Assembly: GCA_963845515.1 (NCBI GenBank)
Contig: CAWJSR010000039.1
Span: forward strand, 1 to 64,000
Direction: 5' to 3'
DNA from: an uncultured delta proteobacterium
Lineage (GTDB): Bacteria > Myxococcota > Myxococcia > Myxococcales > Anaeromyxobacteraceae
Length of the DNA: 64,000 nt
Part shown: one piece after another, positions 38,980-50,265 of the stretch
How positions within the stretch are numbered: position 1 is the first letter of the stretch
Layout: every line of letters begins with the position of its first letter
Notes under the pieces: model-generated
Told to the model about the DNA's origin: nothing
Database searches by the model: none
Seen by the model: only the letters and a program-made list of their open reading frames with translations
Translations under genes and position numbers: made by a program

Positions 38980-40818
38980 TCAGGCGGAGTGGTCCGCCGC
39001 CTCTTTGAAGGAGCCGTCGCTGGTGGCGTGCACGACCTGCCCGGGACGAGCCATCTGCTTGATGACCCTCGCCACGAGCCTCCTCGCGCCGTCGGAGAGC
39101 CCGGCGAAGCAGTCATCCACGTAGGCGACCGCCTTCCCCTGCGCGAGCGCGGCCTCCATGAAACCGAGCTTGAGCGCGATGAAGAGCACGTCCCGGTCGG
39201 CCGCTGGGAGCGTCGCCGCTGGGACGAGCCGCCCCCCGGTCTGTGCCTGCAGGTTGCCGCGGTCGTCGGCCGAAACGCCCGAGATCCGCTGGAACGTGAT
39301 GCCCGAGAGCGTCTGCGAGACCTTCTGCTGGATGGCGCGCACTGCGGCGGCGGGGCTGCCGCCAAGCTCCTTTGCCGCCCCCTCGAGCAGCAGGCGCAGC
39401 GGATCGCCGGCTGGGCGGGACGGAGTGGCGGCCACGGCGGCAGCCTGCGCCGGCGGGGGGTTGGCCAGCTCCTCCTCCAGCCGCTGGATCTCGGCCTCGA
39501 TGGAGCGGGCGTCCCTCATGAAGCCGCCGACCTCCGCCTGGAGGCGCGCCTCGATCGACTGAAGCTCCTTCGCGGTCTTCGCCCTCTCGGCCCGGGCGTT
39601 CGCGATCTCCGGATCGGCCCTCCACTCGGCGAGCCGGCGCCGCCACTCCGCGGCCACGCTCTCGCCGTCGCTGATGCGTCCCACGAGATCGCGCAGATCC
39701 TGGACCTTCTCCAGCCCCAGCTCCTGCATTGCGCCCCGGATCTCGGCAGCGTCCTTCTCGAACTGGTCGAGCATCTTCCGCTCCCAGTCGTCGATGACGC
39801 GCCGCCTTCGCGCGAGCGGCTCCCACGCCTCCAGCCTGGAGACCCAGCCGAAGGCGACCCACGCGGCCCACCCGAGGGCTGGGATGGAGAGGAGCGCCAG
39901 GTAGCGCATCGCCCCGCCGCCGATGGCGCCGACGATGCCGAGCCCGAGCGCCAGAGCCCCGGCACCGGCGCCGGCCAGGAAGTTCCGATCCGTCCAGAAC
40001 CCGCGGGGCGCGCCATCCGCCTCGGCGACGTCGAGCGCCTCGCGCTCCGCCGCCACGCGCGCGAGCGCCTCCTCACGCTTGGAGGCCGCCTTCTCGAACG
40101 CGGCGACCCTGGCGTCGGCGTCGCCGAGCCGCTCGAGGACGGCGACCGCCGGCGCGAGGCTCTTCTGCTCCTCCTCGGCCCTGGCCAGCCCCTCCTGCAG
40201 CTTCGCCCCGGCCTTGAGCGCCTCGTCCAGCTTGAAGATGCGCGACTGGAGGCCGTCCTGCTGGTACTGGAGCTTGTCGGAGACCTTGGCCTTCGCCAGC
40301 TCGCCCTTCAGGTCCGCGATCTTCTTCTGGAGTTGCGCCGGTGCGAGGACCGTCCGCGGCGACGGAGCGGACGCTGCGACGCCGCCCTGCTTCGACGGGA
40401 GGTCGGCTGCCGTGAGGCAGAGCAGCGCCGCGAAGCGCGCCTGGGTCGGGGCGCCACCGGCCGTCCTGAGGACGCCGGCGATCTCGGCCAGGTCCTGGGC
40501 GACGAGCGCGAAGGAGCGCTTCTCCGCATCGAATCTGTGGAGCTGCGCCGCGCCCCCGAAGTCGCGCACCAGCCGGTACGTGATCCGGTCGTCGCCGATG
40601 AGCGTGAGACCTGCGCGCAGCGGCGCGTTGGCCGGCCCACCGGGCGCGCGCGGGAGCGGCTCCTGGCCGACACTGTCGGGGAAGAGGAGCGCGTCGAGCA
40701 GCCGGCGAAGGACCGCGCCGTCGGCTGCCACGACGTTGTACCCGGGACGCAGCGTGGCGCGGCCGCCGGCAGGCGCCACGCCACGTATACCCTGGGCTGC
40801 GAATTCGAGGAGGATCAC
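38980..40818 (-). CDS. SMC/YhaN-like coiled-coil protein with TM hairpin and degenerate ATPase motifs
   Basis: N-terminal LRPGYNVV, long coiled coils, two central TM helices, C-terminal LFIALKL...YVDDCF. Confidence 0.7.
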   Translation of the reverse strand: MILLEFAAQGIRGVAPAGGRATLRPGYNVVAADGAVLRRLLDALLFPDSVGQEPLPRAPGGPANAPLRAGLTLIGDDRITYRLVRDFGGAAQLHRFDAEKRSFALVAQDLAEIAGVLRTAGGAPTQARFAALLCLTAADLPSKQGGVAASAPSPRTVLAPAQLQKKIADLKGELAKAKVSDKLQYQQDGLQSRIFKLDEALKAGAKLQEGLARAEEEQKSLAPAVAVLERLGDADARVAAFEKAASKREEALARVAAEREALDVAEADGAPRGFWTDRNFLAGAGAGALALGLGIVGAIGGGAMRYLALLSIPALGWAAWVAFGWVSRLEAWEPLARRRRVIDDWERKMLDQFEKDAAEIRGAMQELGLEKVQDLRDLVGRISDGESVAAEWRRRLAEWRADPEIANARAERAKTAKELQSIEARLQAEVGGFMRDARSIEAEIQRLEEELANPPPAQAAAVAATPSRPAGDPLRLLLEGAAKELGGSPAAAVRAIQQKVSQTLSGITFQRISGVSADDRGNLQAQTGGRLVPAATLPAADRDVLFIALKLGFMEAALAQGKAVAYVDDCFAGLSDGARRLVARVIKQMARPGQVVHATSDGSFKEAADHSA

Positions 40819-40891
40819 GACGGGCGGCGATGTTACCGCCCTATCGCCAACGCGTGAAGGTGAACCTTTCGCCCACCTTCACTCGCCGGGA

Positions 40892-41281
40892 TCAGGCCTG
40901 CGCGGGGGCGTTGGCCTGGGCGGTCTCGACGGGCCGCTCCTCCTGCGTGAGCCGGGCAGCCTTGCCCTGGAGCTCGCGGAGGTAGAAGAGCTTGGCGCGG
41001 CGGACCTCGCCGTGGCCGACGACCTCGATCCGGTCGATGCGGGGGCTGTGCAGCGGGAAGATGCGCTCCACGCCGACGCCGTAGCTCACCTTGCGGACGG
41101 TGAACATCGACCCCGTGCCGTTCTTGCGGAACGCGATCACGGTGCCCTCGAAGATCTGGATGCGCTCTTTGTCGCCTTCCTTGATCTTCGTGTGAACCCG
41201 CACGGAGTCACCCGCGCGAAGCAGGGGGACGTCGCTCTTCATGTGCTTCTTCTGGATGTCAGCAATCGCCTTGCGCAGCAT
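40892..41281 (-). CDS. rplS: 50S ribosomal protein L19
   Basis: [28 protein letters not shown]. Confidence 0.97.
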   Translation of the reverse strand: MLRKAIADIQKKHMKSDVPLLRAGDSVRVHTKIKEGDKERIQIFEGTVIAFRKNGTGSMFTVRKVSYGVGVERIFPLHSPRIDRIEVVGHGEVRRAKLFYLRELQGKAARLTQEERPVETAQANAPAQA

Positions 41282-41299
41282 GGCTTCCCTTCCTTCCGC

Positions 41300-42040
41300 C
41301 TAGAGATCTTCGTCCGCGGCCTCGATGAGCCGCAGATCCTCGTCGGCAAGCTGGAGCCTCGCGAAGAGGTCCGGCCTCCGATCCCGGGTGGCGCGCAGGG
41401 ACTCCCGGCGCCTCCACCGCTCGATACGCCGGTGGTCTCCAGACAGGAGGACCTCCGGAACCTGCATGTCACGATAGACCGGCGGCCGCGTGAAGTGCGG
41501 GTGCTCGAGCAGGCCGTCCCCGCCGAAGCTCTCCGCGCCGGCGCTGTCCTCGTTGCCGAGCACGCCCGGCACGAAGCGCGCCGCCGCGTCGACGACGCAG
41601 AGCGCTGCCAGCTCACCGCCCGTGAGCACGAAGTCTCCGATGGAGACCTCAATGTCGACCGCCCTCGTCACGCGCTCGTCAACTCCCTCGTACCGTCCGC
41701 AAGCTACGATCAGCCGGCCGTGGTCTGCGAAACGGCGCGCCAGCGCCGGATCCAGCCTCACGCCCCGCGGGCTCGTCATCACGACGATCGCCCCCGGGAC
41801 CCGCTCCCGCGAGGCCTCTATGGCCTCGGTGAGCGGCTCGGGCTTCATCACCATGCCGGCGCCGCCGCCGTAAGGGGCGTCGTCGGCCACGCGATGCTTG
41901 CCCTTCGTGTGGTCGCGGATGTCCACGACCCGAACCCCGAGGAGACCGCTCTCCTGCGCCTTCCCGAGGATGCTCTCCCCCAGGTACCCCGCGATCATCC
42001 GCGGGAACAGCGTCAGGATCTCGACCTCGAGCTTCGCCAC
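41300..42040 (-). CDS. trmD: tRNA (guanine37-N1)-methyltransferase
   Basis: [32 protein letters not shown]. Confidence 0.97.
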   Translation of the reverse strand: MAKLEVEILTLFPRMIAGYLGESILGKAQESGLLGVRVVDIRDHTKGKHRVADDAPYGGGAGMVMKPEPLTEAIEASRERVPGAIVVMTSPRGVRLDPALARRFADHGRLIVACGRYEGVDERVTRAVDIEVSIGDFVLTGGELAALCVVDAAARFVPGVLGNEDSAGAESFGGDGLLEHPHFTRPPVYRDMQVPEVLLSGDHRRIERWRRRESLRATRDRRPDLFARLQLADEDLRLIEAADEDL

Positions 42041-42085
42041 GACCGTCTACCTCGCTTCGGACCTCCTTCTGCTACACCGCTTCGC

Positions 42086-42580
42086 CTACGTATCCAGCAA
42101 TCCTTCGGGCGGGTCCACGACGATGCGGCCGGCCTTCCGGTCCACCTCGACGTACGGCGCGAGGGGGATGAGCCGCTCGCCCGCCTCGCCCGTGACCACG
42201 AGCACGTCCACGCCGCCCGTCTCGTACAGCCCGCTGACCCTGCCCAGCGGCGCACCGTCCACCGTCACGACCGGCAGCCCCTCGAGGTCCGCCCAGTAGT
42301 GCCGCCCTTCACCCGCCTCGCCCAGCTCGTCCCGCTCGGCGAATACCTCAGCACCGATCCACGCCTCGGCGGCGGTGCGGTCATCGATCCCGTCGATCCT
42401 GATCGCCCAGAGGTGCCCTTGCGGCCGCGCCTCCGCGATCCTGATCTCTGCCGGTTCACGCCCCGGCAGCTGCAGCCAGATCCGCGCCAGCGTCGCGAGC
42501 GCGCCCTCCGTGCCGGCCACCCCGAGGAGTCCCCGAAGTCCGAGGGCCCGGACGACCTTGCCGAGCCGGACCCGAGCCAC
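42086..42580 (-). CDS. rimM: Ribosome maturation factor RimM
   Basis: GKVVRALGLRG, YWADLEGL, RLIP; conserved position in the operon. Confidence 0.9.
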   Translation of the reverse strand: MARVRLGKVVRALGLRGLLGVAGTEGALATLARIWLQLPGREPAEIRIAEARPQGHLWAIRIDGIDDRTAAEAWIGAEVFAERDELGEAGEGRHYWADLEGLPVVTVDGAPLGRVSGLYETGGVDVLVVTGEAGERLIPLAPYVEVDRKAGRIVVDPPEGLLDT

Positions 42581-42581
42581 G

Positions 42582-42812
42582 TCAGTCGAGGATGTCGAGC
42601 ACGGCCCGCCGCCCGCTACGGCGCGCGGCGAAGTCCAGGACCGTCCGGAACGCCTTGGCCGTCCTGCCACCCCGCCCGATGACGCGCCCGAGATCGTCGG
42701 GGGCGACGCTCAGCTCGAGCACCGTCGAGCGATCACGCTCGATGGCCTCGACCTGGACGGCGTCCTTCTTCTCGACGAGCTCCCTGGCGAGCCAGAGGAC
42801 GAGATCGCGCAT
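42582..42812 (-). CDS. khpA: KH domain RNA-binding protein
   Basis: DLGRVIGRGGRTA between rpsP and rimM. Confidence 0.9.
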   Translation of the reverse strand: MRDLVLWLARELVEKKDAVQVEAIERDRSTVLELSVAPDDLGRVIGRGGRTAKAFRTVLDFAARRSGRRAVLDILD

Positions 42813-42819
42813 GCCGAGC

Positions 42820-43086
42820 CTAGGCCTTCTTCTCGGCCTTGTCGGCGGGAACGCCCGCGCGCTTGATCAGCATCGCGACCGTCTGCGACGGGCGCGCGCC
42901 GGCCTTGAGCCAGTGCGTGATCCGCTCGGACTTGAGCTTGATCTGCTCGGGCTTGGTGGTCGGGTCGTACGTCCCGACGTCCTCGAGGTAACGGCCGTCG
43001 CGGGGCTTCCGCGAGTCGGTCGCAACCACGTGATAGAAGGGCGCCTTGTGCGTGCCCGCGCGCGAGAGCCTGAGAACGACCGCCAT
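42820..43086 (-). CDS. rpsP: 30S ribosomal protein S16
   Basis: PFYHVVATDSRKPRDG, GTYDP. Confidence 0.97.
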   Translation of the reverse strand: MAVVLRLSRAGTHKAPFYHVVATDSRKPRDGRYLEDVGTYDPTTKPEQIKLKSERITHWLKAGARPSQTVAMLIKRAGVPADKAEKKA

Positions 43087-43185
43087 CGTGTTGCCTCCTG
43101 AATTCCCTGGCGGCCGCCTGAGCGCGCCGAGAGGCGCGCGTGGCCGCGAAAAGTGGGTTCCTTTACGCTACCTTACAAGGGGCTG

Positions 43186-43791
43186 TCAAGGCGTGACGTC
43201 CCGCCCGACCGCCTCCCGATCGACACCCTGCTGCGGCCTCCACTGGCCCGCCCGACTGCCCGGCATCATGCGGGCTCCGACCTCGAAGGCCGCTGCCCCC
43301 AACAGGGCTCCCACGACCCACCCCGCAGCGACGCTCGGTATGCCGTTGCTCCCGAGATAGATGCGGGCCAGCCCGCCCGCCACCGGCAGCGCGACGGCGA
43401 GGACGGACCAGCGGGTACGGTACACCCGAACCGTGTAGAGGGCGAAGGTCGCCGCCCAGAGCGCGTGGCCGCTCGGGACCCCTCGAACGCCCCAGCCCGC
43501 CAGGACACCGACCCTGCCGCACCCGGCCACGATGGCGATCCCAAGGCCGAGCGCCACTGCGAGCGGCAGGAAGGCCTTCAGGACCGACGCAACGTCCCTC
43601 TCCAGCCATGCGTAGGTCGCGAGCGCCAGCAGCGCCAGGACCCAGTGCTCGCACGCCACGGAGAGCGCGGTCGCGGGGGCCAGCCACCACCCCGGGTGGC
43701 CCACCCGCTGGACGGCGTCCAGCGGGTCGTGTGCGAAGAGTGGCGGCATGCCGGCGGGCTTGGAAAGCACGAAGGCCGCGCACGGTGTCAC
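43186..43791 (-). CDS. PAP2-like membrane protein (start uncertain)
   Basis: PSGHA and ARIYLG motifs; hydrophobic; final catalytic His appears absent. Confidence 0.6.
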   Translation of the reverse strand: MTPCAAFVLSKPAGMPPLFAHDPLDAVQRVGHPGWWLAPATALSVACEHWVLALLALATYAWLERDVASVLKAFLPLAVALGLGIAIVAGCGRVGVLAGWGVRGVPSGHALWAATFALYTVRVYRTRWSVLAVALPVAGGLARIYLGSNGIPSVAAGWVVGALLGAAAFEVGARMMPGSRAGQWRPQQGVDREAVGRDVTP

Positions 43792-43825
43792 CGCACGCGG
43801 CCCCCGGGGTTCTCCGCGGGGAGAG

Positions 43826-44294
43826 CTACTTCGCCTCGGCCGCGGCGGTCTTCTTCTTGGCGGCCTTCGGAGCGGCCTTCTTGCGCCTTCTTCTCGGCCT
43901 TCGCCTCGCCCTTGTCCTCGCCCTCGACCGCGCCCTTCTTGCGGTCGACGAGCTCGATCATGGACATGTCGGCGTTGTCGCCGACGCGGCGTCCCACGCG
44001 GATGATCCGCGTGTAGCCACCGGGGCGGGTCTTGAACCGCTCCGCCACGTCACCGAAGAGCTTCGCGAGGATCGCCGGGCTCTTGACGTCGACCGCGGCG
44101 GTCCGGCGCGCGTGGGGCGTGCCCTTCTTGCCGAGCGTGATGATCTTGTCGACGAAGCGCTTCAGCTCCTTCGCCTTCGGAGTGGTGGTCTTGATCCGCT
44201 CGTGCTCGAGCAGGGAGGTCACGAGGTTCCGCAGCATGGCCGTGCGGTGCTCGGTGGTACGGTCGAGGCGGCGGCCGACGACGCGATGCTTCAT
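43826..44294 (-). CDS. rplQ: 50S ribosomal protein L17 (frameshift ~43885 in the Lys/Ala tail)
   Basis: [25 protein letters not shown]; tail [18 protein letters not shown] lies in the shifted frame. Confidence 0.95.
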
Positions 44295-44324
44295 TTGGTA
44301 GGTCTCCTGTCCTGAGTGCTAGCG

Positions 44325-45341
<1,017 letters not shown>

Positions 45342-45427
45342 GGGCTGTCTCCTTCGCCGCCGCCCCCTCCCCCGGTCCGCTCAGCCAGGGCGGCGGGAGA
45401 TCCGTGAGGCGCGCAGCGCGGTGAAGA

Positions 45428-45455
45428 GAGGCGGGCCCGGGTACGGGCCCGCCTC
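45428..45455 (-). terminator. Strong hairpin between rpsD and rpoA
   Basis: 12-bp perfect stem gaggcgggcccg/cgggcccgcctc followed by UCUUC. Confidence 0.45.
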
Positions 45456-45469
45456 GAGGGAAGCTGCGG

Positions 45470-46096
45470 CTACTTCGAGTAGAGCTCGACGATGAGCTGT
45501 TCCTGGACCGGCATGGTGATGTCCTCGCGCGACGGGAGGGCCTTCACCGTGCCCTTGAAGCCGGCCTTGTCGAGGTCGAGCCACGCAGGGACGCCGCGGC
45601 GCTCGACGGCCTCGATCGCCTCGGCGATCCTGGCGACCTTCTTCGAGCGCTCCTTGAGGTCGATGACGTCGCCCGAGCGGACCGAGTAGCTGGGGATGTT
45701 CACCTTGCGGCCGTTCACGCGGAAGTGGCCGTGGCGGACGAGCTGGCGCGCCTCGTTGCGGGTGTCGGCGAAGCCGAGCCGGAACGCGACGTTGTCGAGC
45801 CTGAGCTCGAGCGCCTGCAGGAGGTTCTCGCCGGTCTTGCCCTTGGCGGCGGCGGCGTCGTGGTACGCGTGGCGGAAGCCCGCCTCGAGCACGCCGTACA
45901 TCCGCTTGACCTTCTGCTTCTCACGAAGCTGGACGCCGTACTCGGAGAACTTGACGCGCGCCTGGCCGTGCTGGCCCGGCGGGTAAGGGCGGCGCTCGAT
46001 GGCGCACTTGTCCGTGTAGCAACGGTCGCCCTTGAGGTACATCTTGAGGTTCTCCCGGCGGCAAAGCCGGCAGACGCTATCGCTGTAACGAGCCAC
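45470..46096 (-). CDS. rpsD: 30S ribosomal protein S4
   Basis: [28 protein letters not shown]. Confidence 0.98.
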   Translation of the reverse strand: MARYSDSVCRLCRRENLKMYLKGDRCYTDKCAIERRPYPPGQHGQARVKFSEYGVQLREKQKVKRMYGVLEAGFRHAYHDAAAAKGKTGENLLQALELRLDNVAFRLGFADTRNEARQLVRHGHFRVNGRKVNIPSYSVRSGDVIDLKERSKKVARIAEAIEAVERRGVPAWLDLDKAGFKGTVKALPSREDITMPVQEQLIVELYSK

Positions 46097-46114
46097 TGTG
46101 TCTCTCCTCGAAAC

Positions 46115-46603
46115 TCAGACGCGGCGGCGCTTGGGCGGCCGGCAACCGTTGTGGGGGATCGGCGTCACGTCACGGATGATCGTGACCTTGAGACCAGCGG
46201 ACGACAGCGCACGCAGCGCAGACTCGCGCCCCGCGCCCGGCCCGGTGACCAGGACCGACACCGTCTTCAGCCCGTGCTCCATCGCCTTCGCCGCTGCGTC
46301 GCCAGCCGCGACCTGCGCGGCGAACGGCGTCGACTTGCGCGAGCCCTTGAAGCCGCGCGCGCCAGCGCTCGACCACGAGAGGACGTTCCCGCTCGCGTCG
46401 GTGATGGTGATCATCGTGTTGTTGAACGTCGCGTTGATGTAGACCACGCCGGTCGCGATGTTCTTCTTCACCCGCTTCTTCCCCTTCTTCGGGGTCACGG
46501 GCGAGGCGGTGACCGGCTCGATGCCGGTGAGGTTGGGCACCGTGGGAGCGGCGGCCTCCTCCTTCTTCGGGGCTTTCTCGGTCGTCTGCTTCTCGTCAGC
46601 CAC
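46115..46603 (-). CDS. rpsK: 30S ribosomal protein S11
   Basis: [34 protein letters not shown]. Confidence 0.98.
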   Translation of the reverse strand: MADEKQTTEKAPKKEEAAAPTVPNLTGIEPVTASPVTPKKGKKRVKKNIATGVVYINATFNNTMITITDASGNVLSWSSAGARGFKGSRKSTPFAAQVAAGDAAAKAMEHGLKTVSVLVTGPGAGRESALRALSSAGLKVTIIRDVTPIPHNGCRPPKRRRV

Positions 46604-46660
46604 TCGTGATTCTCCGTGAGGTGATCGCCCGGCGCGAGGCCCGGCTATCGTTCGAGTTCG

Positions 46661-47050
46661 CTACCTGGGCGCCGGCGCGGCGGAGGGGGCCTTGCGCACG
46701 AGCCCCTTCTTGGGACCCTTGCGCGTGCGCGCGTTCGTGTGCGTGCGCTGCCCGCGGACCGGGAGCCCCTTGCGATGGCGGAGCCCGCGGTAGCAGGCGA
46801 GGTCCATCAGCCGCTTGATGTTCATCGAGACTTCGCGGCGGAGATCGCCCTCCACCTTCGTGATCTGGTCGATCGTCTCGCGGAGCCGGCGGGTCTCGTC
46901 GTCCGTGAGATCCTTGGTCCGGGTCACGGGGTTGATCCCCGCCTTCTCGACGATCAGCTTCGCGGTGGTCTGACCGATTCCGTAGATGTACGTGAGCGCG
47001 ATCTCGACCCGCTTCTCACGGGGAAGGTCGACGCCAGCGATGCGAGCCAT
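46661..47050 (-). CDS. rpsM: 30S ribosomal protein S13
   Basis: [27 protein letters not shown]. Confidence 0.98.
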   Translation of the reverse strand: MARIAGVDLPREKRVEIALTYIYGIGQTTAKLIVEKAGINPVTRTKDLTDDETRRLRETIDQITKVEGDLRREVSMNIKRLMDLACYRGLRHRKGLPVRGQRTHTNARTRKGPKKGLVRKAPSAAPAPR

Positions 47051-47075
47051 TCTTCTCTCCGAACCTGCGCGGGCG

Positions 47076-47192
47076 TTAGCCCTGGCGCTGCTTGTGGCGG
47101 GGGTTGGCCGCGCAGATGACCCGCACGGTGCCCTTGCGCTTGATGACCTTGCACTTCTCGCAAATCTTCTTGACTGACGCGCGGACCTTCAT
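47076..47192 (-). CDS. rpmJ: 50S ribosomal protein L36 (not in the ORF track)
   Basis: [38 protein letters not shown]. Confidence 0.97.
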   Translation of the reverse strand: MKVRASVKKICEKCKVIKRKGTVRVICAANPRHKQRQG

Positions 47193-47353
47193 GACCGACG
47201 CCTCCAGGAAATACGCGAAACCATTGAGACGAAAATCCCCGCCCTTGCTCCCGGCGGGAACGGCGGCTGGAGAGCTTCTCTCCTCCCTAGCCGCCCGGAT
47301 TCTCCGGGCTTTCCCGGAATGCCGCCCTCTTTCGAGAGGGGCGCGAAGCGCGC

Positions 47354-47382
47354 CTCATAGCACGCCCACCCCTGCGGTGCAA
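47354..47382 (-). promoter_or_regulatory. Putative promoter for the rpmJ-rpsM operon
   Basis: TTGCAC-17 nt-TATGAG with TG extension. Confidence 0.4.
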
Positions 47383-48156
47383 CTACGGCCCGTCCCCCGT
47401 GAGGATCTCGGGCCCCTCTGCGGTGATGACAATGGTGTGCTCGAAGTGAGCCGACAACTGACCATCTGCGGTCACCGCCGTCCAGCCATCCCCCAGGAGA
47501 GTGGTTTCCGGGGTCCCGGCGTTTACCATGGGCTCGATGGCCAATACCATCCCCGGCAGCAGGAGGTCGCCGGTTCCGGGCTTGCCATAGTTCGGGACGT
47601 GCGGCGGCTCGTGGAGATTCCTGCCGATCCCGTGCCCGACGAAATCGCGAACTACCGAGAATCCCTCGGCTTCCGCGTAGTCCTGGACCGCCGCGCCGAT
47701 GTCCCCTACCCGCTTGCCCGGCTGCGCCGCGCGGATGGCCTTCGCGAGCGCCTCGCGCGTGACGTCGAGCAGACGCTGGGCCTTGGAGTCGATCGCGCCG
47801 ACGCCGACCGAGAGCGCGGCGTCGCCGAAGAACCCGTTCAGGACCGCCCCGAAGTCGATCCCCACGATGTCCCCCTCCTTCAGCACGCGCGCCTCGCTGG
47901 GGATGCCGTGGACGATCTCGTCGTTGACGGAGATGCAGGCCGAGGCCGGATAGCCGCGATAGCCGAGGAAGGCAGGCGCGGCGCCCCGCGCCCTCGTCGC
48001 CTCCTCGGCGAGCCGATCGAGCTCGCCGGTCGAGATGCCCGGCCGAACCGCGTCACGGAGCAGCCCCAGGACTTCGCTGACGACGCGGCACGCCGCGCGG
48101 ATGCGGGCGACCTCGTCGCGCGACTTCAGGTCGAACCGCCTCCCAGCGCGCGCCAA
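47383..48156 (-). CDS. map: Methionine aminopeptidase (start approximate)
   Basis: CISVNDEIVHGIP, GHGIG..LHE, AIEPM, SAHFEHT. Confidence 0.95.
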   Translation of the reverse strand: MARAGRRFDLKSRDEVARIRAACRVVSEVLGLLRDAVRPGISTGELDRLAEEATRARGAAPAFLGYRGYPASACISVNDEIVHGIPSEARVLKEGDIVGIDFGAVLNGFFGDAALSVGVGAIDSKAQRLLDVTREALAKAIRAAQPGKRVGDIGAAVQDYAEAEGFSVVRDFVGHGIGRNLHEPPHVPNYGKPGTGDLLLPGMVLAIEPMVNAGTPETTLLGDGWTAVTADGQLSAHFEHTIVITAEGPEILTGDGP

Positions 48157-48164
48157 CGTGCCGC

Positions 48165-48809
48165 TCAGCGCCCGAGGATCCGGCGCGTCGCCGTGAGGAT
48201 CGCGTCCGGCGCGCCGGCGCCGTCGAGCACCGAGACGAGCCCACGGTCGGAGTAGAAGGCCTTCAGCGGCTCGGTCTTGGCCGTGTACTCCTGCATCCGC
48301 TTCCGCACGTTCTCGGGCTTGTCGTCCTCGCGGAGGACGAGCGCGGTGCCGTCGCGATCGCAGATCCCTGCCTGCCTGGGCGGGGTCGCGGTGACGTGGT
48401 AGACCGCGCCGCACTTCGGGCAGCTGCGGCGGCCGGAGATCCGCTCGACCAGCGCCTCCTCGGCCACCTCGTAGGAGAGCGCGCGGCTGATGGAGCGCCC
48501 CATGGAGCCCAGGAGCTCGTCCAGGAACTGCGCCTGGGCGCGGGTCCGGGGGTAGCCGTCGAGGATGCAGCCAGCGGCGCAGTCGGGCCGGGCGAGCCTC
48601 TCCTTCACCATCGCGTTGGTGATGTCGTCCGTGACGAGCCCGCCGGCGTCCATGATCGCCTGGATCTGCTTGCCGATCTCGGTGGCGCGCGCCTTGTGGT
48701 CCCGGAACATGTCGCCGGTGGAGATGTGGGGGATGCGCAGCTCCGCGGTGAGGAGCTTCGCCTGGGTTCCCTTGCCGGCACCCGGAGGGCCGAGCAGCAC
48801 GAGGATCAT
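48165..48809 (-). CDS. adk: Adenylate kinase
   Basis: GPPGAGKGTQ, HISTGD, LDGYPR, Cys-containing lid. Confidence 0.97.
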   Translation of the reverse strand: MILVLLGPPGAGKGTQAKLLTAELRIPHISTGDMFRDHKARATEIGKQIQAIMDAGGLVTDDITNAMVKERLARPDCAAGCILDGYPRTRAQAQFLDELLGSMGRSISRALSYEVAEEALVERISGRRSCPKCGAVYHVTATPPRQAGICDRDGTALVLREDDKPENVRKRMQEYTAKTEPLKAFYSDRGLVSVLDGAGAPDAILTATRRILGR

Positions 48810-48868
48810 CTTGGTCTCTCCCTTCGAGACACGAAGGCCCGCCGGTCGGCGGGCCCAGGTGCGGCTGC

Positions 48869-50209
48869 TTAGGCGCCGGCCGTCTGGCCGGACATGATGC
48901 GCCGGCCGCGGATGCGCGGGCCCCGCGGGCCGGTGAACCCCTCGTAGTGACGGGTGATGAGGTGACCCTCGATCTGCTGGACGGTGTCCAGCGCCACGCC
49001 GACGACGATGAGGAGCGAGGTGCCGCCGAAGAAGAAGTTCACGCCGAACTCGTTGGCGATGAACGTCGGGAGCACGCAGATGGCGGCCAGGTACATCGCG
49101 CCGCCGAAGGTGATCCGGGACAGCACGAAGTCGATGTAGTCGGCCGTCTTCTGGCCCGGCCGGATGCCCGGGATGTAGCCGCCGTACTTCTTGAGGTTGT
49201 CGGCGACGTCGACCGGGTTGAAGGTCACCGCCGTGTAGAAGTAGGCGAAGAACACGATCAGGAGGACGTAGAGCGTGTTGTAGACCCAGCCGCCCGCCTG
49301 GAGCGCGTCGGAGACCCGCTGCAGGAACGGGAACCAGCCGGAGAGCGTCGCCGGGAAGAGGAGCAGCGAGCTCGCGAAGATCGGCGGGATGACGCCCGAG
49401 GTGTTGACCTTGAGCGGCAGGTGGGTCGACTGGCCGCCGTAGAGCCGGCGACCGACCACCCGCTTCGCGTACTGGATCGGGATGCGGCGCTGCCCGCGCT
49501 CGACGAAGACGATGAGCCCGATCACCACCACCATGAGGGCCACGAGGACCAGCAGCCCGAGCTCGGAGAGGTTCGACCCCGCCTTGCCGAAGTTCGCGAA
49601 GGTCCGGATGACCGCGTCCGGGATCCTGGCCACGATGCCTGCGAAGATGATGAGCGAGATCCCGTTGCCGATGCCGCGCTCGGTGATCTGCTCGCCCATC
49701 CACATGATGAAGGCGGTCCCCGCCGCGAGCGAGATGACCGTCATGAGCCGGAAGCCGATCCCCGGGTCCGAGACGACCGAGATGCCCTGGGAGTCGCGGA
49801 GGGACTCCAGGTAGCCGGCGATGCCGTACCCCTGGACTGCGGAGAGGACGACGGTGCCGTAGCGCGTGTACTGCGTGATCTTGCGCTGCCCCATCTCCCC
49901 TTCCTTCTTCAGCTGCTCGAGCGTCGGGACGACGACCGTGAGCAGCTGGAGGATGATGGAGGCCGACACGTACGGCATGATGCCGAGCGCGAAGATGGAG
50001 AGCTGCTCGAGTGCGCCGCCGCTGAAGAGGTTGAAGAGCGAGAGCAGACCGCCGGTCTGCGCCAGGACGCTCTTCATCGCCTCGCGATTCACGCCTGGCG
50101 TGGTCACGAAGATGCCGAGGCGGTAGATCGCCAGCATCCCCAGCGTGAAGAGGAGCCGCTTCCGCAGCTCCTCGATCCGGAACATGTTCGCGAGCCCGCT
50201 CGTCGCCAT
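48869..50209 (-). CDS. secY: Preprotein translocase SecY
   Basis: [40 protein letters not shown]. Confidence 0.98.
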   Translation of the reverse strand: MATSGLANMFRIEELRKRLLFTLGMLAIYRLGIFVTTPGVNREAMKSVLAQTGGLLSLFNLFSGGALEQLSIFALGIMPYVSASIILQLLTVVVPTLEQLKKEGEMGQRKITQYTRYGTVVLSAVQGYGIAGYLESLRDSQGISVVSDPGIGFRLMTVISLAAGTAFIMWMGEQITERGIGNGISLIIFAGIVARIPDAVIRTFANFGKAGSNLSELGLLVLVALMVVVIGLIVFVERGQRRIPIQYAKRVVGRRLYGGQSTHLPLKVNTSGVIPPIFASSLLLFPATLSGWFPFLQRVSDALQAGGWVYNTLYVLLIVFFAYFYTAVTFNPVDVADNLKKYGGYIPGIRPGQKTADYIDFVLSRITFGGAMYLAAICVLPTFIANEFGVNFFFGGTSLLIVVGVALDTVQQIEGHLITRHYEGFTGPRGPRIRGRRIMSGQTAGA

Positions 50210-50265
50210 GCGCACCCCTTGTCGGCGCGGCGCACGCCGCCGCCGCGCTCGCCTTCAACCGACTG

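Noticed and set aside
43160..43189. TTGACA upstream of rpsP as a promoter
   Set aside because: No convincing -10 hexamer at 16-18 nt spacing
43788..43890. Novel C-terminal tail or programmed frameshift in rplQ
   Set aside because: A small indel restores a typical Lys/Ala tail ending at 43826; no slippery site; probably a sequence error
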